Below, piece by piece: positions 1-7,049 of a stretch of DNA of 42,329 bases. The DNA is from a bacterium (GTDB taxonomy: Bacteria; Patescibacteriota; Saccharimonadia; Saccharimonadales; SZUA-47): positions 1 to 42,329 of the forward strand of contig JAYUWM010000065.1 in NCBI GenBank assembly GCA_043753565.1, written 5' to 3'. The notes under the pieces were generated by a model that worked only from the letters and a program-made list of their open reading frames with translations, did not search any database and was not told where the DNA came from. Within the stretch, counting starts at the first letter, position 1, and each line of letters opens with the position of its first letter. The position numbers were made by a program, and so were the translations under genes.

Positions 1-990
1 CTAGAACAAGCTTCAAAGATTCAAGCCGTAGTGCTGGATAAAACAGGTACGCTAACCGAGGGCAAGCCAGTGATCACTGATGTCATAAGTGCATTGGGGT
101 TTAAAGAAAAAGACTTAATAGCTAGCATCGCTGCTGCCGAGAGTGGGTCAAGCCACCCGTTAGCCCAAACTGTTTTAAATGAGGCCAACAAACGTAAGAT
201 TAAATTAGGTATAGTCAAAGGCTTTGCTAACCTGGCGGGTCTAGGGGTTGAAGCGACAGTCGATGGTAAGCGAGTCCTAGTTGGTACTGAGCGACTTATG
301 AAAGATCGTAAGGTCTCAACTGTTACTATAAAGGCTGACATAGATAAATTGCTAGGTGAGGGTAAAACACTGATGATAGCTGCCATTGACGGCAAAGTAG
401 CGGGTGTTGTTGCTGCTTCGGATGAACTTAAACCTACAGCTAAAAAGGCGATAGTTGCTATGAAACAAATGGGGCTAGAAGTCGTAATGATCACTGGTGA
501 CAATAAAAAGACAGCCCAAGCAGTAGCAAGCCAACTCGGTATCGATCGTTATTATGCCGAAGTCCTGCCAGAAGACAAAGCAAATTATGTGAAAAAATTA
601 CAAAAAGAAGGCAAATTTACTGCCATGGTCGGTGATGGAGTAAATGATGCTCCCGCCCTCGCTCAAGCTGACATTGGTATTGCGATTGGCGCCGGTACTG
701 ATGTAGCCATTGCTACTGCAAAGATTGTACTCATGAAATCTGATCCGGCTGACATTATTCGTGCCATACGGCTCAGCAAAGCGACTATTCGAAAGATGAA
801 GCAAAATCTGGGCTGGGCAAGCGTCTACAACTTAGGTGCTATACCCATTGCTGCCGGTGTTCTCTACCCAGCCTACGGTATTTCTCTGCGTCCTGAATTC
901 GCTGCACTACTGATGTCGTTGTCGTCCATCTTTGTGGCTGTTAACGCTGTTATGTTAAAGCGCGTTGAGAAGGATTTAATAAAGATATGA
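1..990 (+). CDS. copA: Heavy-metal (probably Cu+) translocating P1B-type ATPase, C-terminal ~330 aa; the 5' end lies outside the window
   Basis: The frame is open from nt 1 (LEQASKIQAVVLDKTGTLT...). Motifs present: DKTGT phosphorylation site, SSHPLA (HP motif of P1B pumps), MITGDN, GDGVNDAPAL hinge, and two C-terminal hydrophobic helices. Cu specificity is inferred only from neighbouring genes. Confidence 0.9.
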   Translation, partial: LEQASKIQAVVLDKTGTLTEGKPVITDVISALGFKEKDLIASIAAAESGSSHPLAQTVLNEANKRKIKLGIVKGFANLAGLGVEATVDGKRVLVGTERLMKDRKVSTVTIKADIDKLLGEGKTLMIAAIDGKVAGVVAASDELKPTAKKAIVAMKQMGLEVVMITGDNKKTAQAVASQLGIDRYYAEVLPEDKANYVKKLQKEGKFTAMVGDGVNDAPALAQADIGIAIGAGTDVAIATAKIVLMKSDPADIIRAIRLSKATIRKMKQNLGWASVYNLGAIPIAAGVLYPAYGISLRPEFAALLMSLSSIFVAVNAVMLKRVEKDLIKI

Positions 991-1886
991 GTAATATATC
1001 GAAAGCTACAAGGGTTAGGCAAGAACTTAGCACGGCCGGTATTACAGGCTATGGATTAATGAGATCCGAAAGTCGTTATTTACCAGAGATAATTCATGAT
1101 GACGAACATATCATGGGTGCTATTTACGGAAGATACGAAAATGGTTCTGCAATGCTTATTGCAACCGACCACCGGGTTATTTTCTTAGACCGCAAGCCGT
1201 TTTTCACCACTAGTGATGAGCTGACTTATGAAGTAGTTTCTGGTGTATTAATTAATCGTGGTGGCTTATTCTACACTGTTACTCTCCATACCCGTATCGC
1301 TGATTACACAATCCATTATGTCAACGCTAAATCAGCGCAACAATTTGTTAAATATATAGAAACAAGACGGCTGGAAAATGATGTTGAACAGCCAGTTTTG
1401 GTTATAAACTCTATCACCCCAGCCGTTTCTGCTATACCGGTAGCTCCCGACTCACCAATGCATTTCTTAGATGACCAGGCGCTAGTGTTCTTGAAAGACC
1501 ATGACACTGCAGTTGTATCGTCAATGGACCGTACCGGTAACGTCTTTGGTGACGTTACCTATTACATGGTTGACCAATTGAACCATATTTTTATTTTAAC
1601 TAAGTCGGGTACTGCTAAGGCACGTAATATTCTGGGCCACAGCCAGGTGTCGCTTACTATATTCGAAGCAGATGAAGCACAAACACTAACCATCCAGGGC
1701 TTTGCAGAAATTGAGACACATCAACCAACTAAAGACTACGTATTTGCTACAATAACTAAGGCTCGGAACTATGGAGGCGAGATTCAACCGCCACCGGTTA
1801 CGAAGCTGTCAGATGGAGCCTTTACTATCATCAGAATTACCCCAACATCTGGCAAGTACGTAGACTATAAACGAATAAAAGCATAA
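987..1886 (+). CDS. Fusion protein: N-terminal bacterial PH-like (YokE/bPH-type) domain plus C-terminal pyridoxamine-5'-phosphate-oxidase-like split-barrel domain
   Basis: ATGA start/stop overlap with the ATPase gene (987-990). The N-terminal ~110 aa (…HIMGAIYGRYENGSAMLIATDHRVIFLDRKP…) looks like a bPH domain. The C-terminal ~130 aa (…AVVSSMDRTGNVFGDVTYYMV…LTIFEADEAQTLTIQGFAE…) looks like the PNPOx/general-stress-protein-26 fold. Recognition is by eye. Confidence 0.75.
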   Translation: MSNISKATRVRQELSTAGITGYGLMRSESRYLPEIIHDDEHIMGAIYGRYENGSAMLIATDHRVIFLDRKPFFTTSDELTYEVVSGVLINRGGLFYTVTLHTRIADYTIHYVNAKSAQQFVKYIETRRLENDVEQPVLVINSITPAVSAIPVAPDSPMHFLDDQALVFLKDHDTAVVSSMDRTGNVFGDVTYYMVDQLNHIFILTKSGTAKARNILGHSQVSLTIFEADEAQTLTIQGFAEIETHQPTKDYVFATITKARNYGGEIQPPPVTKLSDGAFTIIRITPTSGKYVDYKRIKA

Positions 1887-1923
1887 ATGATCAAATCTTA
1901 CGAAAGTACTAACTAAGGTAACC

Positions 1924-2283
1924 ATGAAGAAATTACTTACAAATATAGCGGCCGTCTTAACACTTCTACTTCTGAATACATTCGGTCTATCCCTACGCGC
2001 TTCGGCAATGCCAATGGGGCCCCATGAAATGAGCGGGATGAATCATAAAACGAGCAACTCGGCAACTTGTGCAACCCTATGCTATACGGCTGTTATCAAA
2101 AAAGATGAGGTGGTCAACTTAGAATCTGACGAAGAGGATGATGAGCCATCAGTGCCGTTTTACACTCATATCAAAGTTTGTGATTTTAGCGAAACTCATG
2201 TAAGCCAAAAGCTCTATGCATACTCCGTAAAACCACCTCCAAAAGTACCCATACATATTCTGTACAGTGTCTTTAGGGTCTAA
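1924..2283 (+). CDS. Small secreted Met/His-rich protein, putative Cu(I)-binding
   Basis: AAGGTAA lies upstream. Signal peptide with an AXA site (LRASA|MPMG). The mature N-terminus is MPMGPHEMSGMNH (MxM/H motifs), followed by a CATLC pair and an acidic stretch DEEDDE. It lies between the ATPase and the DUF305 gene. Confidence 0.6.
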   Translation: MKKLLTNIAAVLTLLLLNTFGLSLRASAMPMGPHEMSGMNHKTSNSATCATLCYTAVIKKDEVVNLESDEEDDEPSVPFYTHIKVCDFSETHVSQKLYAYSVKPPPKVPIHILYSVFRV

Positions 2284-2337
2284 GATTTGTTTGCTCACTA
2301 AAACAATATCTTAAACATAACCCTTAAGGAGAAACTT

Positions 2338-3009
2338 ATGAAGAACAAGAACACACTAATCGTGGCAATAGTCGCAATCGTAGCAATCGCATGGGTCAGT
2401 ATCTACGCTATCAGCAATAATGATAACGGAATGATGGGCAACAATATGATGGGTAATAACTCATCGCAGGCAAACAGTTCAAGTGGTCTTGTAGACAAGA
2501 ACTCGGCTGATTACAAAATGTATAGCGTACTTAAAGGCGAGGAATATGACCGAATGTTTCTGGCAAATATGATTGCTCATCACCAAGGGGCTGTAGATAT
2601 GGCAAAACTTGCAATTACAAATGCCAAGCACCAGGAAATTAAGACTCTTGCAACTGCTATTATATCTGCACAAACAAGCGAGATAACCAATATGACTGCT
2701 TGGCAGAAAACTTGGGGCTACCCAGCGAGTAGTGGCGAGATGATGATAGATCACAGCTCTATGGGTATGATGGACAATAACGCTGGCATGATGAACGACT
2801 TGAACGGCAAAACCGGAGAAGCCTTCGATAGGGCCTTCTTAAGTCAGATGATTATGCACCATCAATCTGCTATCAATATGGCAGCTCCGGGTAAAACCAA
2901 CGCACAACATCAGGAAGTCAAAGATCTAACTGTTGCAATAGTAATCGCTCAAACCAAAGAAATACAACAAATGAAGCAGTGGCAAAAAGAATGGAACTAC
3001 ACAAACTAA
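2338..3009 (+). CDS. DUF305-family (CopM-like) metal-binding protein with two DUF305 half-repeats and an N-terminal membrane anchor
   Basis: AAGGAG at 2326-2331. The motif is duplicated: DRMFLANMIAHHQGAVDMAK and DRAFLSQMIMHHQSAINMA. Met-rich linkers are present (MMGNNMMGNN, MGMMDNNAGMMN). The N-terminus is hydrophobic. Confidence 0.85.
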   Translation: MKNKNTLIVAIVAIVAIAWVSIYAISNNDNGMMGNNMMGNNSSQANSSSGLVDKNSADYKMYSVLKGEEYDRMFLANMIAHHQGAVDMAKLAITNAKHQEIKTLATAIISAQTSEITNMTAWQKTWGYPASSGEMMIDHSSMGMMDNNAGMMNDLNGKTGEAFDRAFLSQMIMHHQSAINMAAPGKTNAQHQEVKDLTVAIVIAQTKEIQQMKQWQKEWNYTN

Positions 3010-3082
3010 AAACATTATTTCTAAAAGGTGCACAATGAGCAGGAATTAATATATTAAATAGTAAAAATTACCTGGAGAATAT

Positions 3083-3703
3083 ATGAAAATTGTAAAGCTT
3101 AAAAGCTTAAACAAGACTGTTATAGGCATAACGGGCATACTAATAGGCATGTTGGTAGTATTAGTCGTAAGATTCGTGTCATATCAGCCGCCAAAAGATG
3201 TACATTATCATGCCAACTTTGCCGTATATATTGACGGCAAGCAAGAACAGTTTAGTAATCCGTTACTGTACGAAGAAATTTCTGAATGTAGCATAAGCAC
3301 CGAGAAGAATCATGGTGAACGCGCACATATACATGAAAACATTAAAGATGCAGTACACATTGAAGATAGTGCTGTTACTTGGGGCAATTTTTTCCAGAAT
3401 ATAAATTGGAATGTCGGTAATAAATACTTGGATACTTCAGATGTGTTGTTGGTTAATACCGAAACTAAAAAGGTAACCTTTGTATTAAATGGTGAAGAGG
3501 TAAGTAATATTACCAACCGAGTTATCGAAAATAAAGATAGGCTTCTTGTAAGTTACGGTACTTCAACAAAAGATGAAATTGATAAGCAATTTAGTAGTGT
3601 CGCTATATCAGCAGAAAAGTACAATGCAACAAAAGATCCGGCATCGTGCAGTGGTGGCCATAATGAAGACAGCATAAAAGAAAGAATGAAGAATTTGTTT
3701 TAG
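3083..3703 (+). CDS. Membrane-anchored conserved hypothetical protein with His motifs (HYHANF…, HIHENIKDAVHIED)
   Basis: TGGAGAA lies upstream and there is one N-terminal TM helix. The pattern HxH…INGK…HxH…H…TWGNFF…LNGEE resembles an uncharacterised extracytoplasmic family. It is the last gene of the metal cluster. Confidence 0.65.
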   Translation: MKIVKLKSLNKTVIGITGILIGMLVVLVVRFVSYQPPKDVHYHANFAVYIDGKQEQFSNPLLYEEISECSISTEKNHGERAHIHENIKDAVHIEDSAVTWGNFFQNINWNVGNKYLDTSDVLLVNTETKKVTFVLNGEEVSNITNRVIENKDRLLVSYGTSTKDEIDKQFSSVAISAEKYNATKDPASCSGGHNEDSIKERMKNLF

Positions 3704-3842
3704 AAAGTGATTACCAAATTAATGCATGTAAGCTAGACTATGTTCTTGGTCTTTAATTACCAATTATGCCATTCAGTAGATCAAAATTTTAGAACTGCTC
3801 AATTAGGGTGGGACTTTCATTCTTAGACTTGGAAAGGCTAGT

Positions 3843-3998
3843 TTAATTAAACTGTTTTTTAGCTGCTTTTCTGCGTTTTCGATCAACACTTAAGTTATTG
3901 TCCGGGAAAAGTGCAGCATCGTTATGATAGCGGTTTCTTTTTCGCCGCGATATTTTTGATTGCACATTTTTGGTAACAAATTTTGACTTATAATTCAT
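3843..3998 (-). CDS. Unannotated 51-aa highly basic small protein (MNYKSKFVTKNVQSKISRRKRNRYHNDAALFPDNNLSVDRKRRKAAKKQFN)
   Basis: Hand-translated and below the ORF-track cutoff. A perfect TATAAT (complement of 4006-4011) lies 7 nt upstream of the ATG, the same leaderless geometry seen at several other genes here. 16 of 51 residues are Lys/Arg. No homology was recognised. Confidence 0.35.
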   Translation of the reverse strand: MNYKSKFVTKNVQSKISRRKRNRYHNDAALFPDNNLSVDRKRRKAAKKQFN

Positions 3999-4022
3999 AA
4001 ACTAAATTATACTATTAAGTAT

Positions 4023-5486
4023 ATGAAAACAGCATATATAGTTCTTGGCAACCAGCTGGTACGCAACCACCCTGCAATTACAGAATCACAAGATGGTGAC
4101 ATTATTATCATGATCGAAGCACACGATATATGTTCTAGCCTGAATTATCACAAGCATAAACTAGTACTTGTACTGGCAGCAATGCGAAATTACCGTGACT
4201 ATACCCTTTCACTAAATAAAAATGTTATTTATACAAAATTAAATGAAAACGTAACTTTTAGGCAGTCGCTTGAAGACATATTGGCACAGTACGAGATTTC
4301 AGAACTCAAGTGGATGGAAACGAGCGACAGCGCCCCACAAAAGATGCTTATTGAGCTATGTATCAAACAAAATATCAGCTATAAAATTAGTTCAAATATA
4401 CAGTTCATAACTAGTACAGACAGTTTTCGGGAATGGTATAGCGCCCAAAAAAAGCCACTAATGGAAACATTTTATCGATTTCAAAGAAAACGTACAGGCA
4501 TACTCATGAACAACGGCCAACCAGAATCTGGAAAATGGAATTACGATTCTGAAAATCAAAAACCACTCCCAAAAACAGGCGTTACAATTCCCCAACTATC
4601 ACCACATCCACATGATAAAAACACTCAAGCTGTCATAGAACTAGTAGATAAAATGTTTCCCACTAATCCTGGCGACGGTAGTAAATTTTGGTTACCGACT
4701 GATTTTAAGACGTCCGACGCGTGGCTCGAAGATTTCACTAATACCAGACTAGCCCTATTTGGAGTGTATGAAGACGCATCTAAAAACGGCGAGGCATTTT
4801 TATTTCATAGCGTACTTTCACCGCTAATAAACATTGGTCTTTTAACACCTGATGTGGTCATTAAACGAGCACTAGCAGCATACCAAAATGGTAGCTTGCC
4901 ACTCAATTCGGTTGAGGGATTTGTAAGGCAAATATTAGGCTGGCGCGAGTACATGCATGGAATGTACGTACAGACGCCCGAGCTTATGAATGCAAACTAC
5001 TTTGGTTTTACAAAACAACTCGAAAGCTGGTGGTATGATAAGTCGTTTGAGCAGCAACAACTACCAGTACCCGTAAAGTCAGTTCTTAGAACTGTGCATC
5101 TTTATGGTTACAATCACCATATAGAAAGACTGATGGTACTAGGCAACTGGTTTTTGCTTAACGAATACGACCCCAAATCGGTTTACAAATGGTTTAGTAG
5201 TATGTACGTTGATGCATACGAATGGGTAATGGTGCCCAACGTGCAAGGCATGAGCCAATATGCCGACGGTGGGATTTTAGCAACCAAACCGTATATATCA
5301 GGTGGAAATTACTTACAAAAAATGGGTAGTTGGTGGCCTAGCCTAGACGAAGCTAAAAATAGTGATTATAACAAGCTGTACTGGGCTTTTCTTATCAAGC
5401 ACCGTGAAAAGCTAAAAAATAACTTTAGAATGGGTATTGTTTTAAAACTTGCAGAAAAGATGGAACAAAAGAAACCGCTTATATAA
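4023..5486 (+). CDS. Cryptochrome/photolyase-family protein of the FeS-BCP / bacterial (6-4) photolyase (PhrB/CryB, COG3046) type, lacking the Fe-S cysteines
   Basis: Blocks are colinear with PhrB-like proteins: VLGNQL, HKHKLVLVLAAMRNY, METFYRFQRKRTGILMNNGQPESGKWNYDSENQKP, LNSVEGFVRQILGWREYMHGMY, NHHIERLMVLGNW, DAYEWVMVPNVQGMSQYADGG, KPYISGGNYLQKM. Confidence 0.9.
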   Translation: MKTAYIVLGNQLVRNHPAITESQDGDIIIMIEAHDICSSLNYHKHKLVLVLAAMRNYRDYTLSLNKNVIYTKLNENVTFRQSLEDILAQYEISELKWMETSDSAPQKMLIELCIKQNISYKISSNIQFITSTDSFREWYSAQKKPLMETFYRFQRKRTGILMNNGQPESGKWNYDSENQKPLPKTGVTIPQLSPHPHDKNTQAVIELVDKMFPTNPGDGSKFWLPTDFKTSDAWLEDFTNTRLALFGVYEDASKNGEAFLFHSVLSPLINIGLLTPDVVIKRALAAYQNGSLPLNSVEGFVRQILGWREYMHGMYVQTPELMNANYFGFTKQLESWWYDKSFEQQQLPVPVKSVLRTVHLYGYNHHIERLMVLGNWFLLNEYDPKSVYKWFSSMYVDAYEWVMVPNVQGMSQYADGGILATKPYISGGNYLQKMGSWWPSLDEAKNSDYNKLYWAFLIKHREKLKNNFRMGIVLKLAEKMEQKKPLI

Positions 5487-5506
5487 ATAATAAACATGCA
5501 ATTTTT

Positions 5507-5515
5507 TGTTACAAT
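5507..5515 (+). promoter_or_regulatory. Extended -10 promoter element TGTTACAAT, 6 nt upstream of the GTG start at 5522 (predicted leaderless transcript)
   Basis: TG at 5507-5508 and TACAAT at 5510-5515. There is no Shine-Dalgarno sequence between the element and the start codon. Confidence 0.45.
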
Positions 5516-5521
5516 ACTCTA

Positions 5522-6403
5522 GTGAAGATAGCAATATTAGGAGCAAACGGATATATAGGTAGCAATTTAATTGATAGCCTTATTTCTAAAACAAACCACA
5601 CGATAGTAGCCCTATCTACTAATGCGGAATCGATGACGGTGTCACACCAACGTTTACACAAGCATAATGTAGATGTATTTGACACAAACCTTCTTGCAGA
5701 TTATTTAAAAGATTGTGACGTTGCGTACTACTTAATTCATATGATGGCTCAAAAGAAGATTGATTTTGCAAAAGCTGAATCTGACGCGGCTGAAAGTTTT
5801 TGTCTAGCAATTCACGGGTCTACGGTAAAGCGAGTAATCTACCTGGGTGGGCTTGGCAATGATAACGAAAAGTTATCAAAGCATCTTAAAAGTAGGCATA
5901 AAACGGGCAAAATACTAAAGAATGGGCCGGCACAAGTAATAGAATTTAGGGCATCAATGGTAGTAGGCCACGGTAGTATTTCATACGATATAATAACTAA
6001 TCTTATTCATAAACTACCTATATTAACCTTGCCAAAGTGGGCAAAGACACTAACGCAACCTATTGGTTTACAAGATGCAATTAGCTACCTAGTTGCGGCT
6101 TTAGATCTGCAAACCACTCAACACCAGATAGTCGAGATTGGTGGCCCAGAACAATTGTCTTACGGCGACCTAATGAAGCGATACGCAGCCTGGAGAAATA
6201 AAAAAATGCTAATAATTAAATTTCATGTTATTCCTATCACTGTCGCTGCATTGTGGCTAAACTTATTTACTCCAAAGGTACACGCAAAAGTGGGTAGGAT
6301 AATGGTAGAGTCACTTTCTAACCCTATGATAGTTACTAATTCACGCGCTAATGAATTATTTCCTAGTATTCACCCAAAAGCACTCGAAGATGTTTTTGTT
6401 TAA
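5522..6403 (+). CDS. NAD(P)-binding Rossmann-fold protein (atypical SDR / NmrA-like)
   Basis: GTG start. The N-terminus is KIAILGANGYIGSNL (GxxGxxG). About 290 aa in length with SDR-like layout. Confidence 0.8.
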   Translation: MKIAILGANGYIGSNLIDSLISKTNHTIVALSTNAESMTVSHQRLHKHNVDVFDTNLLADYLKDCDVAYYLIHMMAQKKIDFAKAESDAAESFCLAIHGSTVKRVIYLGGLGNDNEKLSKHLKSRHKTGKILKNGPAQVIEFRASMVVGHGSISYDIITNLIHKLPILTLPKWAKTLTQPIGLQDAISYLVAALDLQTTQHQIVEIGGPEQLSYGDLMKRYAAWRNKKMLIIKFHVIPITVAALWLNLFTPKVHAKVGRIMVESLSNPMIVTNSRANELFPSIHPKALEDVFV

Positions 6404-6410
6404 AAAACTC

Positions 6411-6439
6411 TTGACGCACTATTTGTAGTTTGGTAAATT
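6411..6439 (+). promoter_or_regulatory. Sigma-70-like promoter TTGACG-17 nt-TAAATT located just after the stop of the preceding gene
   Basis: TTGACG at 6411-6416, a 17-nt spacer, then TAAATT at 6434-6439. No ORF follows it. Confidence 0.4.
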
Positions 6440-6445
6440 AGTGCT

Positions 6446-6593
6446 TGGAAGATCAAGTGAAACAGCACGTTAATATATGTAACCAATCAAGTTCGATAGT
6501 CAAAGTTCAAGTTATTTAGTTAGTAGGTTACACCTGTGGGTGCAAGTCTTCCATCAAATTAAAAAGAGGCACAAAATCGTGCCTCTTTTTTTA
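6446..6593 (+). ncRNA. Candidate ~150-nt structured small RNA (unknown family)
   Basis: Bounded by the promoter at 6411-6439 and the terminator at 6565-6593. Possible closing helix TGGAAGA (6446-6452) / TCTTCCA (6547-6553). Hairpins: TGTAACC (6478-6484) / GGTTACA (6526-6532) and CACC (6531-6534) / GGTG (6539-6542). TCAAGT occurs three times (6453, 6487, 6507). No plausible ORF. Confidence 0.3.
6565..6593. terminator. Rho-independent terminator between convergent units; A-tract 5' and T-tract 3', so potentially bidirectional
   Basis: aaaaAGAGGCACaaaatcGTGCCTCTttttttt: an 8-bp GC-rich stem, a 6-nt loop and a T-run. Confidence 0.75.
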
Positions 6594-6614
6594 TTACAAA
6601 AAGTTTTATACAGT

Positions 6615-6938
6615 TTATCGGCGTGAGACGCGTTTAGCTGTAGCACCAGCTGCTAAAAGTACTACTGCAGTAATGCTAAGTGGTATAGTTTCGTTGCCTG
6701 TAATTGGCAATGTTTCTTTTGGAGTCACACCAACTTCAGCCGTTGTTTCGGTAGTGTCAGCTGTAGTTTCAGTATTGCAAATTGTAGGTATGTTGTCGCC
6801 TGAATACATATTACCGTCACAAAAAACATGAGCCGTAGGAATGTCTACAGGAGTCTCTGGTGCTGTGTCTGGCGGAATAGAGCTGTAAGTAGTTTCTGTT
6901 CCTTCTGAGTTGGTGATAGTAAAATTCATTTCTTTCAT
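6615..6938 (-). CDS. Small LPXTG-type cell-wall sorting-signal protein (Thr/Glu/Pro-rich)
   Basis: The C-terminus is LPITG followed by the hydrophobic segment IPLSITAVVLLAAGATA and the basic tail KRVSRR, a classical sortase signal. No N-terminal signal peptide is visible from the annotated ATG. Confidence 0.7.
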   Translation of the reverse strand: MKEMNFTITNSEGTETTYSSIPPDTAPETPVDIPTAHVFCDGNMYSGDNIPTICNTETTADTTETTAEVGVTPKETLPITGNETIPLSITAVVLLAAGATAKRVSRR

Positions 6939-6944
6939 TGCATT

Positions 6945-6973
6945 ATATTACCATAAACGTTTTAAAAAGTCAA
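6945..6973 (-). promoter_or_regulatory. Promoter TTGACT-17 nt-(TGg)TAATAT, 6 nt upstream of the ATG at 6938 (leaderless)
   Basis: Reverse complement reads TTGACTttttaaaacgtttatggTAATATaatgcaATG. The -35 is the complement of 6968-6973 and the -10 is the complement of 6945-6950. Confidence 0.5.
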
Positions 6974-7049
6974 TACTTAAAAAGCTATGGTTCTAAAAAC
7001 ATTAGGTGTAAACTTGGATTATATATTATCTGTTACTAAAGGGGTTAAC

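Noticed and set aside
21-503. Long antisense or alternative-frame ORFs inside strong genes. Examples: 21-503, 7325-7612, 8573-8875, 9275-9652, 25422-25730, 25791-26042, 30834-31193, 34773-35138, 36987-37313, 40177-40572.
   Set aside because: All lie fully within ORFs that have clear family motifs on the other strand or frame. Their compositions are low-complexity or odd, and they lack start-site signals. They are shadow ORFs.
987-990. Possible UGA recoding, as occurs in some CPR lineages.
   Set aside because: TGA terminates ORFs at positions where the next gene starts in a coupled fashion. Examples are the ATGA at 987-990 and the TGA at 36605-36607 followed by the ATG at 36603. Family-typical C-termini are reached, so the code looks standard.
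3704-3842. The untranslated stretch after the metal island was examined for a terminator or RNA gene.
   Set aside because: No convincing stem-loop with a T-run and no conserved RNA motif was recognisable.
6484-6500. A GTTCGAT segment resembling a tRNA T-loop inside the candidate sRNA.
   Set aside because: There is no flanking T-stem complementarity, no acceptor stem and no anticodon arm.
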